From an uncultured bacterium (GTDB lineage Bacteria > Zixibacteria > MSB-5A5 > CAIYYT01), in NCBI GenBank assembly GCA_963726455.1, contig CAVSCK010000004.1:448001-512000 (forward strand): a stretch of DNA of 64,000 bases, given 5' to 3'. Below, one piece after another: positions 50,893 through 60,968 of this stretch. The notes beneath the pieces were generated by a model that had not been told where the DNA came from, did not search any database, and saw only the letters and a list, made by a program, of their open reading frames with translations. Position 1 is the stretch's first letter; each line of letters begins with the position of its first letter. Both the position numbers and the translations under genes were made by a program.

Positions 50893-50917
50893 CCGACGGC
50901 AGTTTGTCGTCTTAGGA
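50887..50917 (+). promoter_or_regulatory. Putative bacterial SECIS element
   Basis: TTCTAA-cc-GACGGCA-GTT-TGTCGTC-TTAGGA; 11 nt separate the UGA from the upper stem; G in the apical loop. Confidence 0.7.
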
Positions 50918-50939
50918 TGAAACATTAAAGAGATACTTG

Positions 50940-52395
50940 ATGAATATTCCGAACGTTGATTTCGCCCTGTTGTCGCCCTCGTTGATAGTCTGTATCACCG
51001 GGTTGCTGACGATGGTCATGGTGCCGTTCCTGAGTGAACGGCGGCAGGTTATCGTCGCGCATGTCAGTTGGCTGGGTTTGGCTATCGCTCTGGTCGCCGT
51101 GTCACAACAGATCGGCAAGAACGCCACGACCTTCGACGGCATGTTCCTCGGCGATGACTTCAGCCAGTTCTTCAACGGCATCTTTATTGTCGCCTCGATG
51201 CTGACGATTTTCACGTCGATCGATTACCTTCGCCGCAAGGAGAACGAGCACGGGGAATACTATCCGCTTATTCTCTTCGCCACCTACGGCATGATGGTCA
51301 TGGCATCGACTGCGAATTTGCTCGTGATCTTCCTTGGCCTCGAAATTATGTCGGTGGCACTGTACGTTCTCGCCGGTTTTGCGCGCACCGAATTGAAATC
51401 AACTGAGGCCGCTGTCAAGTATTTCTTGCTGGGCGCCTTTGCGACCGGATTCACCGTTTTCGGTATTGCCTTCATCTACGGCGCGACCGGTACTTTCGAC
51501 ATCGCGCGCATCGCAGGTGTTGCCTTCGGTTCGTCCAGTGTCGATACCTTCTTGACTGATCGGTGGCGCCTTGTTGGCGATTGGGTTTGGCTTCAAAGTC
51601 TCCGCCGTGCCGTTCCACATGTGGACTCCGGACGCCTACGAAGGTGCTCCCTCACCGATAACCGGCTTTATGTCCGCCGGTCCCAAGGCCGCCGCCTTTG
51701 CCGCCATGTTACGCATCTTCATCGTCGGATATGCCGGCGTCGGCGCTCATATTCAGACGTTGTTCTGGATTCTGTCGGTCGCCACCATGACGGTTGGCAA
51801 CATCATGGCGCTTCGGCAAAGCAACATCAAACGCATGCTCGCTTTTTCGTCAATCGCGCATGCCGGCTACATTCTCATCGCCCTGGCAGTCAGTAGCAGC
51901 GAATCTTCGTCTGCCGCTGCATTATACTTGTTGGCGTACGCGCTGACTAATCTCGGCGCCTTTATGGTCATTGCTCTGGTAGATTCCGCCTCGCAGCACG
52001 ATGAGTTCACGACAATTGATTCTTTCACCGGCCTCGCACGTAAACGTCCTTATTTGGGACTGGCGCTCACGCTGTTTCTGTTGTCGCTGGCCGGATTCCC
52101 GCCGACTGCGGGTTTTATGGGTAAGTTCGTGCTCTTCAAAGCCGCTGTTGATCAGGGCTATTACATGCTGGTTGTCATCGCCGTGATGAACAGCTTGGTA
52201 TCGGTGTTCTACTACTTGCGCGTTGTCGTGAAGATGTTCATGAGCGATGCGGAAGAGCAGGCCGTTGAGGTACCCGCCGTTCCCGCGTTCCTTATGGTGG
52301 CACTGGTATTTGCTGTGGCGGCTGTATTCCTGATCGGTGTCTATCCGCAGGCCTGGTTCAATTTCGCCGGGCTGTCAATCCTCGGCGGCAACTGA
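50940..52395 (+). CDS. nuoN: NADH-quinone oxidoreductase subunit N (+1 frameshift near 51555, probable error)
   Basis: [51 protein letters not shown]. Confidence 0.93.
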
Positions 52396-53632
52396 CGCGC
52401 CGCCTCCCATATTCATTCCCGCAATCCATCCCGTCGTCCACGCGCTCTGAAAATTGTATCCGCCGGTGATTCCGTCGATATCGAGTATCTCTCCAGCCAA
52501 ATACAATCCCGGACAGACCCGGCTCTCCATCGTGCCGAAAATCAACTTCTTTCAGTTTCACTCCGCCGCAAGTTACGAATTCCTCTTTGAATTCGCCCTT
52601 GCCGATAATCGCGAATTCTCCTTGGCACAACTCTGACGAGATCCGTGCCAGTCCGTCCCTGGTAATATGCGACCACGTTACCGAATCATCGACTCCCGCC
52701 GTGCTCACAATGCGTTCCCAGAATCTGCGTGGCAGGGGCAGGAGACTGCTTGTCATCACAAACTTCGTTGGATTCTCTTCGCGGTACGCTCGCATGGCAG
52801 CAAGCACCGACTCTGCATCATGGTCGGCGATCCAATTGATTTGCAGTTTGGCTTGATACCGACTCTCGAAGAGTTTGCGCGCGCCCCAGGCCGATAATTT
52901 CAGTACCGCCGGGCCGCTCAATCCCCAGTGTGTAATCAGAACCGGACCCGCTTGCTCGAAACATTTCTTGCCGTCAATTGATAGCATCAACTTTGAGTTG
53001 GGAAAACTCAATCCCTGCAACTGATCGAGCCGTGCATCCTTAATCTTGAAGGTGAACAACGACGGGACAGGGGGGATGATCGAATGACGAAGCGACGCCG
53101 CGATCCTGTAACCTTGCTCGCTCGATCCCGTGGCCAGCATCACGCAATCAAAAAGTTCAGTTGCACCATCTTTGAGATGAATCGCAAATCGCCGTCCGAT
53201 GGAGTCGTCCGAAATCTTAACGTCAACTACGCGCGCGCCAAGCCGTTCTTGCACTCGCGCTTCGCGGGCACTCTTTCTCAGACATTCGATGATTGTCGCT
53301 GACAGATCGCTGACAGGGAACATGCGGCCGTCCTCTTCTGCTTTGAGTTCGACGCCGTACTTATTAAACCAGTTCACCGTATCGCGTGGCTGAAACTTGC
53401 GAAACGCCCCCAATAATTCCTTGCTACCGCGCGGATATCCTTCCACCATGAGTTCAGGATCGAAACAATGATGCGTGACATTGCATCTGCCACCGCCGGA
53501 GATTCCCACCTTATATAGCGGTTGATGCGTCCCCTCGAAAATCGTCACCTCTACGTTGTCGTAATGTTCCGCACAGGCAATAGCGCCGAAGTATCCCGCA
53601 GCGCCACCCCCGACCACAGCCACTCGTACCAC
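52375..53632 (-). CDS. HI0933/YhiN/BaiN-family flavoprotein (+1 frameshift near 52535, probable error)
   Basis: [38 protein letters not shown]; the shifted frame gives [19 protein letters not shown]. Confidence 0.9.
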
Positions 53633-53808
53633 TGCAGGTTTTTCATGCCTCGGGAAGTCATGCCTGTCAATGTAGGGAAGTTGATGCCATTTCGCCCGTG
53701 TTTTGCATCAGCGTCGGGAAACCCGCATCGAAGACTCTCACGTTCGGCTGCCGTCGCAAGATTAAATAAAGATCGAGTGGGTGGCCTTTCCTGCCAGTTA
53801 TAGTGTCT

Positions 53809-54858
53809 TTACCGAGCTTTCAACGACGCGATATCGATCACGAAACGGTACTTGACATCACTCTTCACCACGCGATCGTAGGCCTCGTTGACCTTCTGGA
53901 TCGGAATCAGTTCAATGTCGCTCGTGACATTGTGCTTGCCGCAAAAGTCGAGCATCTCCTGCGTCTCGGCAATTCCGCCGATCATCGATCCGGCCAGAGT
54001 GTGGCGATGAGGCACCAGCGAAAACGCGCCGATTGGTATCGGCTTGTCCGGGATTCCGACCACGACAAATGCGCCGTCTACTCTCAAGAGCGATAGGTAT
54101 TGGTTCCAATCGATTTCCGCTGACACCGTGCAGACGATCAGATCAAAATAACCGCGCAACTTCGTAAACGTCTCCGGATCGGCTGTCGCGTAAAAGAAAT
54201 CCGCTCCCAGACGTTTGCCGTCCGCCTGTTTCGTAAGTGAATGACTCAGCACGGTGACCTCAGCGCCCAGCGCATGGCCAATTTTCACCCCCATGTGTCC
54301 CAATCCGCCCAAACCCACAATACCTACCTTCTTGCCCGGTCCGGCGTGCCAGTGCCGAAGCGGGGAGTAGAGCGTAATGCCGGCGCACAAAAGCGGCGCC
54401 GCTGCGTCCAGCGGAAGGTTATCCGGTATGTGCAGCACGTAATCTTCCTTGACCACAATTTTGTCGGAGTAGCCGCCATATGTCAAAGTACCGTCGTACT
54501 CTTTGCCATTGTAGGTGAACACCGCTCCCACATTGCAGTATTGCTCCAAACCTTGTTGGCATTGGGGACAGGTGCGGCACGAATCGACAAAGCAGCCGAC
54601 GCCGGCCTGGTCGCCTACTTTGAACTTGCTGACTTTCTTTCCGACCGCCGTGACGATTCCGGCGATCTCGTGGCCGGGAACCATGGGGAAGATCGCGTCT
54701 CCCCATTCCTCGCGCGCCTGATGAATATCCGAATGGCAAATTCCGCAGTACTTGATCTCGATCGCCACATCATTGTCTCGCGGTTCTCTCCGCTCAAACG
54801 AAAATGGTTTCAATGGCGCCTTGGCTGCGACAGCAGCATAACCTTGAGTCTTTAGCAT
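53809..54858 (-). CDS. Zn-dependent NAD(P) alcohol dehydrogenase (cinnamyl-ADH/YahK-like)
   Basis: CGICHSD, GHE, CRTCPQC...[23 protein letters not shown]. Confidence 0.95.
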   Translation of the reverse strand: MLKTQGYAAVAAKAPLKPFSFERREPRDNDVAIEIKYCGICHSDIHQAREEWGDAIFPMVPGHEIAGIVTAVGKKVSKFKVGDQAGVGCFVDSCRTCPQCQQGLEQYCNVGAVFTYNGKEYDGTLTYGGYSDKIVVKEDYVLHIPDNLPLDAAAPLLCAGITLYSPLRHWHAGPGKKVGIVGLGGLGHMGVKIGHALGAEVTVLSHSLTKQADGKRLGADFFYATADPETFTKLRGYFDLIVCTVSAEIDWNQYLSLLRVDGAFVVVGIPDKPIPIGAFSLVPHRHTLAGSMIGGIAETQEMLDFCGKHNVTSDIELIPIQKVNEAYDRVVKSDVKYRFVIDIASLKAR

Positions 54859-55088
54859 TTCACATCCTTTTCTACGAACTTGTCTCCCCGAATAACAATG
54901 ATACGAAACTGCCTTCCATAAATGTAGTCCCGGCTGACTCCAATAACAACTATCTGTTACTGCGAACGGCCTTGCCACAAGATGCCTACGACGGTGGCGT
55001 CTTCAGGCGTTTCCAGGCATTCTGAACGAGGATACATTTGCTTACGTATACAAGAATTTCCACTTGATACAAAGTGCCGCTTGCAAAA

Positions 55089-55122
55089 ATCCCCTCTTGA
55101 GAGGGGATAATAGGGGTGTGTT
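55089..55122. repeat. REP-like palindrome downstream of purF, possible terminator
   Basis: ATCCCCTC-TTGA-GAGGGGAT followed by GGGGTGTGTT; TTTT follows the stem on the minus strand. Confidence 0.5.
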
Positions 55123-55137
55123 CTTGATCCTTCCTGC

Positions 55138-56601
55138 TTATGTCGACGCTTTAACCTTCGGCTTTGATTTCTTGCCGTCGGCGTTCGCCTTTTGATCGGC
55201 GTCGCTTTCCAGCGCCAGTTTCCCGTTACGATTTTCTATTTTCGTGGGATATTTGCCCGAAAAACAGGCTACGCAGAAGTCTTCCTTCGGCAGGGAATGC
55301 ATGGACAGCATTGCGTCTATGGAGAGATAACCAATTGAATCGACTCCCAAGTATTTGCCGATCTCCTCAACCGTCATATGTGACGCGATCAATTCTTCCT
55401 TCGTCGGCATATCGATTCCGTAAAAACAGGGCGATATGATCGGCGGGGAAGAGATCCGCAGATGAATTTCCTTCGCGCCCGCCTCACGCAACATCTGAAT
55501 CAGCTTCTTCATCGTCGTCCCGCGCACCACTGAGTCATCCACGATCACGACGCGCTTATCCTTCAACACACCCTTGACCGGATTGAATTTCACTTTGACG
55601 TCCAGATCGCGGATATCCTGTTTGGGATCGATAAACGTTCTCCCAACATAGTGATTGCGAATAAACCCGAATTCAAACGGTATCTTGGATTGTTCCGAAA
55701 ATCCCAGCGTCGCCGTGTTGGACGAGTCCGGCACCGAAATTACGATATCTGCATCTGCGGGATGCTGCAGCGCCAGATACCGTCCCAGCCGCCGTCTCAC
55801 CTTGTCGACGTTCTCGCCGAATATTTTCGAATCAGGCCGCGCAAAATAGATGAACTCAAAAATACAGAAGGCGTGCTTGGTTTCCTTGAACGGGAAATGT
55901 GACTTCAGCCCGCTCTCATTAATCTCTATGATTTCCCCCGGCAGAACATCGCGCACATATTCGGCGCCGATCAGGTCGAAAGAGCACGTTTCCGATGCCA
56001 CCACCCAACTCTGTCCCAGCTTGCCAAGTGCCAGCGGCCGAAATCCATGCGGATCGCGGGCCGCTACGAGCGTCTCTTTCGTAAGGAACAGCATGCAGTA
56101 AGCGCCCTGCACCTTCCGCAACGCATCACCGATCATCTCGACCAGCGTCGGCTTCTTGCTCTTGGCGATCAGGTGCAATGGTATTTCAGTATCCGAGGTC
56201 GTCTGGAATATCGAACCCGCGTCTTCCAGACCTTTCTTGAGCGATTCCGCATTGGTCAGATTGCCGTTGTGCGCCGCCGCCAGCTTTTCGCCCTTGAAAT
56301 TTATCACGAGCGGCTGGACGTTGCGCAGGGAAGATGAGCCCGCCGTCGAATAGCGATTGTGGCCGATGGCTCGGTCGCCTTTAAGAACGGACAGCTTTTC
56401 CTGTCGCCCAAAGACTTCGGCAACTTCACCTTGGCCACGAACTTCATTCAGGGTGTTGCCGTCGAAGGTGACAATTCCTGCCCCTTCCTGACCCCGATGT
56501 TGCAGCGCATACAGACCGAAGTAGGTTAACTCGGCGGCGTTCCTCGCCCCGAAAATCCCAAATACGCCGCATTCACAATAGATGTCTTCTGACACGTTCA
56601 C
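55138..56601 (-). CDS. purF: Amidophosphoribosyltransferase
   Basis: ECGVFG, LQHRGQE, GHNRYST, CIFEFIYFARPDS, VDDSVVRGTT, PCFYGID. Confidence 0.97.
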   Translation of the reverse strand: MNVSEDIYCECGVFGIFGARNAAELTYFGLYALQHRGQEGAGIVTFDGNTLNEVRGQGEVAEVFGRQEKLSVLKGDRAIGHNRYSTAGSSSLRNVQPLVINFKGEKLAAAHNGNLTNAESLKKGLEDAGSIFQTTSDTEIPLHLIAKSKKPTLVEMIGDALRKVQGAYCMLFLTKETLVAARDPHGFRPLALGKLGQSWVVASETCSFDLIGAEYVRDVLPGEIIEINESGLKSHFPFKETKHAFCIFEFIYFARPDSKIFGENVDKVRRRLGRYLALQHPADADIVISVPDSSNTATLGFSEQSKIPFEFGFIRNHYVGRTFIDPKQDIRDLDVKVKFNPVKGVLKDKRVVIVDDSVVRGTTMKKLIQMLREAGAKEIHLRISSPPIISPCFYGIDMPTKEELIASHMTVEEIGKYLGVDSIGYLSIDAMLSMHSLPKEDFCVACFSGKYPTKIENRNGKLALESDADQKANADGKKSKPKVKAST

Positions 56602-56616
56602 TCCAGAAAGGAAGTC

Positions 56617-56644
56617 AATGTATCGTTCTCCCTCTCGCTGTCAA
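56617..56644 (-). promoter_or_regulatory. Sigma-70 promoter of purF
   Basis: TTGACA-N16-TACATT. Confidence 0.6.
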
Positions 56645-56907
56645 GCGTTTAACCTCCTGACCGGTATAAAGAATACGTATGCCGTTGGAGGTAGTCGCTG
56701 CAGCAAATATGAATTGCTCTGCACATCTCTTAGGTTTTATACGTCTAGAATACTATATTCACGCCGCCTGACCGCCGATCGGGCGCCCTATTGTATTGAT
56801 ATTGAATGGGATACCGGAGGCAGTTCAGTTATTGAACAGCCGTGTCGGAACCCGTTTGTATAACCGTCTACGGCATAGAGTTTGCGCTTTGACGTTTCGT
56901 GAGCACG

Positions 56908-57648
56908 ATGGAGAATAAAGACAGTCTAAAGTACCGTTCGCTACGTACTATACTTTCTGCGCCACAAGAGCCCCAGGAAGCACAGGCGATATTGCATGAG
57001 GCCCTGGCGACCGCTCTCGACGCTTTGGGTATAGCTGCAGGCTCAATTGCGATCCTCAGCAAGGACGGCAAGGAGCTCGTCGATGTCCGCCACGGCGATT
57101 CCGTTCTGCTCGGCCAGCTTGGCGCACTCGAACAACGGATGCTCGCTTCGTTGCGCAATAACTTCGGTCTTGAAAATATCTACTCAACTTTGAACTACGA
57201 AGGCGAGAAATCCCTTTTCTCGTACATGATCAAAGCCGGCAACGATAACCTTGGCGCTGTCTCCGGGATCTGCATCGGCAGCCGCAACATCGCACTCGAA
57301 GAGGAATTCATCGCGGTCATTGCCACCGCACTTCGGCTGCTTTTTGGTCAGGCCGGCCAACTCGATACCGTGCGGGTCGAGGCCGTAAAGGAAACTACCA
57401 TCACGCTAAATCACGAGATCAATAACCCCTTGACCGCCGTGCTGGGCAACGTTCAGTTGTTACTTATGAAGGGGAAGGACCTGCCCGAGGATGTTCGCAC
57501 GCGACTGCTGATGATCGAACAAAGCAGTCTTCGCATTCGCGATGCGGTCTCCAAGCTTCTGAATCTGAAAGAAGCCAAGTCGACAACCTACCTCGACGAC
57601 ACGAAGATGATTGATCTTCAGGATTCTGAAGGCGGCGAAGGCAAGTAG
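56908..57648 (+). CDS. GAF-like + HisKA phosphoacceptor protein lacking a HATPase domain
   Basis: TLNHEINNPLTAVLG H-box; the protein ends without N/G boxes. Confidence 0.8.
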   Translation: MENKDSLKYRSLRTILSAPQEPQEAQAILHEALATALDALGIAAGSIAILSKDGKELVDVRHGDSVLLGQLGALEQRMLASLRNNFGLENIYSTLNYEGEKSLFSYMIKAGNDNLGAVSGICIGSRNIALEEEFIAVIATALRLLFGQAGQLDTVRVEAVKETTITLNHEINNPLTAVLGNVQLLLMKGKDLPEDVRTRLLMIEQSSLRIRDAVSKLLNLKEAKSTTYLDDTKMIDLQDSEGGEGK

Positions 57649-58016
57649 CCGCGATCGTTTTCCGCCCGCGCGTGCTTACGATATAGCAGATGAAATAGTA
57701 TCAGCCCGATCCCAATGAACAATGGCACCATCGCGATAACTACCTCGCCCCCGATCGGGTCGTTGGCCGCCGACGACTGAAACGCCATCCCGACTAGAAG
57801 TCCTATGCCTGCTGCCGCGGAAACAATTCCTGCCTTCAGACTGCCATAGCTCTCCCGCTCCAGCGGCAGACTCATGCCCTGTTTGATCATCGCCAGTCGT
57901 ATCTCGTGGTTCATCTGAATTCGCTTATATACGAACATGTAAACCAAATAGGCGATCAGGGCAAAGAACCCCAGGCCCAGAACGATTCCGGCAAACATTC
58001 CCATCATATCAGACAT
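57618..58016 (-). CDS. DUF6249-like membrane protein
   Basis: EIRLAMIKQG, LKAGIV...GIGL, PLFIGIGLI; divergent from an ECF sigma. Confidence 0.75.
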   Translation of the reverse strand: MSDMMGMFAGIVLGLGFFALIAYLVYMFVYKRIQMNHEIRLAMIKQGMSLPLERESYGSLKAGIVSAAAGIGLLVGMAFQSSAANDPIGGEVVIAMVPLFIGIGLILFHLLYRKHARAENDRGYLPSPPSES

Positions 58017-58051
58017 ATTAACTCGCCACATATTTTGTCCTCGCTGCCAAT

Positions 58052-58115
58052 TTTGACTCGCGGAGTGACTCTTTTGTTTCATTCGTGCAACTTTCTTCCT
58101 CTAACTTCAGTCTAT
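58052..58115. promoter_or_regulatory. Back-to-back ECF promoters
   Basis: Minus strand TGAAAC-N18-GTCAAA (58081-58052); plus strand TGCAAC-N18-GTCTAT (58086-58115). Confidence 0.65.
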
Positions 58116-58123
58116 ATATCTGT

Positions 58124-58696
58124 ATGGAGTCAACGATAATCGACCAGGACCGCGAACTGCTTGAACGCGCTCGACAGGGACAGCGGCTCGCCCTGACGGC
58201 TCTCACCAACAAATATCGTGCACGCGTCTACACATTGATCAGCCGCATGGTCGACGACTCCGGCCGCGCCGAGGAATTGGCGCTCGAAACTTTCATCCGC
58301 GCGTTCAAAAACCTCAAGAACTTCCGTGGCGACGCCAAATTCTCAAGCTGGCTATATCGCATCGCCGTCAATACCGCTCTGGCCGAAAGGGCCAAAAAAC
58401 GGCTGGACCAGGTCTCTCTCGAATCTATCGAATATCTTCCGGCTGACTGCTCAACTCAACCCGATCATGTGTATCAGGGACTGTTCTGCAGCAAGGTCGT
58501 CGATGAGGCGCTGGCTCAGTTGCCGCCACATTATGCGATTGCCTTGCGACTGTTCTACCTGAAAGGCGTCGGCTACGTCGAGATCGCCGAGATGATGAAG
58601 ATTCCGATCGGCACCGTTAAGACATACTTGCACCGGGGCAAACAAGCTCTGCGCGCGGTAATCTCGGGCAAGTATTCGCGGGAGGATTTGTTGTGA
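58124..58696 (+). CDS. ECF sigma factor
   Basis: FRGDAKFSSWLYRIAVN, EIAEMMKIPIGTVKTYLHRGK. Confidence 0.94.
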   Translation: MESTIIDQDRELLERARQGQRLALTALTNKYRARVYTLISRMVDDSGRAEELALETFIRAFKNLKNFRGDAKFSSWLYRIAVNTALAERAKKRLDQVSLESIEYLPADCSTQPDHVYQGLFCSKVVDEALAQLPPHYAIALRLFYLKGVGYVEIAEMMKIPIGTVKTYLHRGKQALRAVISGKYSREDLL

Positions 58697-59223
58697 TGCG
58701 CTGTTCCGATGTTCATAGGAATTTGCCAGCGTTCCTCGACGGTTCACTCGAGGCCACCGAAAACGAATCGATTCGCGCGCATCTCGACCGCTGTCCGTCT
58801 TGTGCCGGCGCAATCACTAACGAACGGCTGCTCGGTGCTGCTGAATTGGAGGACGTCAGTTCTCCCGGTCTCTTCACCGAGAAACTCCTTGGTAATTTCG
58901 CTGAGCCGACAATTTCGCTGATACTATTCCGCTATTTCTGCGCAATCTTCGCCGCCAGCGCCGGATTGGGAGTGTCGATTTTTGCTTTCTGGCGGCATTT
59001 CTCGCAGCCCAAACAGACCGCCGTTGCCCGACTCGACTGGGATTCACTCGCAAATCTGCCGACGTCTCTTCCTTGGCTTGAACAGATTACAGCCAGTCCT
59101 GCGTTTCATTACGCCCTTTGGGCTCTTGCCGCAACTATCCTGAGCGCTCTGCTGATCGTGCTCGTAGACTTGCCGCGTCGTCGCCGGCTCGATCCGATTC
59201 ATCTTTACAAGCACCACAACTAG
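58693..59223 (+). CDS. zf-HC2 (ZAS) anti-sigma factor with two TM helices
   Basis: AFLDGSL...HLDRCPSC; GTGA overlap with the sigma gene. Confidence 0.9.
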   Translation: MMRCSDVHRNLPAFLDGSLEATENESIRAHLDRCPSCAGAITNERLLGAAELEDVSSPGLFTEKLLGNFAEPTISLILFRYFCAIFAASAGLGVSIFAFWRHFSQPKQTAVARLDWDSLANLPTSLPWLEQITASPAFHYALWALAATILSALLIVLVDLPRRRRLDPIHLYKHHN

Positions 59224-59230
59224 TCATAGA

Positions 59231-59264
59231 AAAGCGAAGGCAACCACCTCGTGAATGGTTGCCC
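59231..59264 (-). terminator. Hairpin between convergent genes
   Basis: GGCAACCA/TGGTTGCC stem followed by TTCGCTTTT on the minus strand. Confidence 0.55.
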
Positions 59265-59294
59265 TGTATTCAGTCTCTGGTAGAACTCCCTACT

Positions 59295-60830
59295 TTACTT
59301 ACCGCATGCCGGCGCCCAAACCTCTGCTCCACACGGCGCGGGACCGCCGCTGAAGATGTATGCTATAATGTAGACTGCATCCGAAATATCAACGCTGCAA
59401 TCGCAGTTGGCATCTCCCGAGCAAATAGCGAACGGTGCCGGCGCCGGTCCGCCCGCAAAGATGTACTGTATTATGTATACCGCGTCTGAGATATCAACCG
59501 ACAGATCGGCATTGGCGTCGCCAACCACGCAACTGTTGGTTATCGGCGCTCGGCAAGTGCAGGTAACCGGCGGCGGTCCACCCTGAAAGATGCTCGCCTT
59601 CAGGTAATTCAAATCCGCCATCGTAATAAAACAGTCGCCGTTTACGTCTCCGTTGGCCAATGGAACCGGAGAAGGTCCCTGTTGGAAGAGATACTCCCCT
59701 AGATACGTTATGTCGCCGACGTCAATGATTCCGTCACTATTGACATCTCCCGGCTTCTGATAGGCGCACGTGTCGCAAAGTGCAGGATTGACGCAAGTAC
59801 ATGTTACCGGCGGCTGGCCTCCCTGAAATACGAAACGCCGCAGGAAATTCACGTCATTCGTGTCAATACAGCAGTCACCATTAGGATCACCATTAGCGCG
59901 CGGCACTGGCGCCGGGCCGACTCCAACCAGGTAATCGACGAGAAAGCTAATGTCGCTGATATCGATTGTGCCGCTACCATCCGCGTCTCCCGGTTTCTGA
60001 TATGCACAGGTGTCGCACAGAGCAGGATTAATGCACGTACAAGTTACCGGCGGCGGGCCTCCCTGAAATACGAAACGCCGCAGGAAGTTCACGTCATTCG
60101 TGTCAATACAGCAGTCACCGTTCGGATCGCCGTTTGCGCGCGGCACAGGCGCTGGGCCGACTCCAGTCAAGTATTCGACCAGGAAGTTTATGTCGCTGAT
60201 ATCTATTGTGCCGCTGCCATCTGCGTCTCCCGGCTTCTGGTAGGCGCAAGTGTCACACAGTGCCGGATTCATGCAGGTACACGTCACCGGCGGCTGGCCT
60301 CCTTGGAACACAAAACGCCGTAGAAAATTGACGTCATTCGTGTCAATACAGCAATCACCGTTGGGATCGCCGTTGGCACGAGGATCGGGCGCGGGACCGA
60401 TCCCGACTAAGTAGGCGACCAGGAAGTTTATGTCACTGATGTCAATTGAACCGCTGCCGTCTGCATCTCCCGGCTTCTGAATTGCACAAGTGTCAATGAA
60501 TATCGTGTCTTTCATGGTCGCGGGATGAATGGCACAATGATAGGGAAACGGACCCAGCCCATCAGACTTGGTAAACACTACACTGAAAGTTTGGCCCACG
60601 CTCAGGTTTCCCGAATTCCATGCTTTCGGTGATGTCACATCGGACGTTGTCGTATGTAAGGTGCCGCCGACCATCGTCCATTTGACGGTATCGTTCCAGG
60701 CAACCTTCGTATTCGCCGGCGTAAACGCGAAGTCACTGATGCTAATTTGATGCGTCGTGGCAAGAACTTGCGCTACGAGTAGACACCAAATCATCATCGT
60801 TAGTGGCAATAGCTTGACTCTTGCTGACAT
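59295..60830 (-). CDS. Secreted cupredoxin (type-1 Cu) with five dockerin domains
   Basis: GGAGGT SD and signal peptide; HTTT and YHCAIHPATM ligands; four 80-aa dockerin units plus a terminal dockerin. Confidence 0.87.
   Translation of the reverse strand: MSARVKLLPLTMMIWCLLVAQVLATTHQISISDFAFTPANTKVAWNDTVKWTMVGGTLHTTTSDVTSPKAWNSGNLSVGQTFSVVFTKSDGLGPFPYHCAIHPATMKDTIFIDTCAIQKPGDADGSGSIDISDINFLVAYLVGIGPAPDPRANGDPNGDCCIDTNDVNFLRRFVFQGGQPPVTCTCMNPALCDTCAYQKPGDADGSGTIDISDINFLVEYLTGVGPAPVPRANGDPNGDCCIDTNDVNFLRRFVFQGGPPPVTCTCINPALCDTCAYQKPGDADGSGTIDISDISFLVDYLVGVGPAPVPRANGDPNGDCCIDTNDVNFLRRFVFQGGQPPVTCTCVNPALCDTCAYQKPGDVNSDGIIDVGDITYLGEYLFQQGPSPVPLANGDVNGDCFITMADLNYLKASIFQGGPPPVTCTCRAPITNSCVVGDANADLSVDISDAVYIIQYIFAGGPAPAPFAICSGDANCDCSVDISDAVYIIAYIFSGGPAPCGAEVWAPACGK
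59535..60494 (-). repeat. Coding tandem repeat, 4 x 240 bp dockerin units
   Basis: DTCAxQKPGD starts at 60494, 60254, 60014 and 59774. Confidence 0.9.
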
Positions 60831-60968
60831 GATACCTCCACTGGCGGGGATACAATCCTGCCCTGTCATCGAACGCGCTCATTCGACGATCGGCTTTAGA
60901 ACACTTTCTTGTCTTACTGTTATAAGATAGCCCCAAGTGCCGGTTTTGTCAAGTGGGCAGAACGCAGT

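Noticed and set aside
40953-52395. nuo operon as pseudogenised or using programmed frameshifting
   Set aside because: Isolated +1 insertions with no slippery sites or other decay; the same error type occurs in unrelated genes
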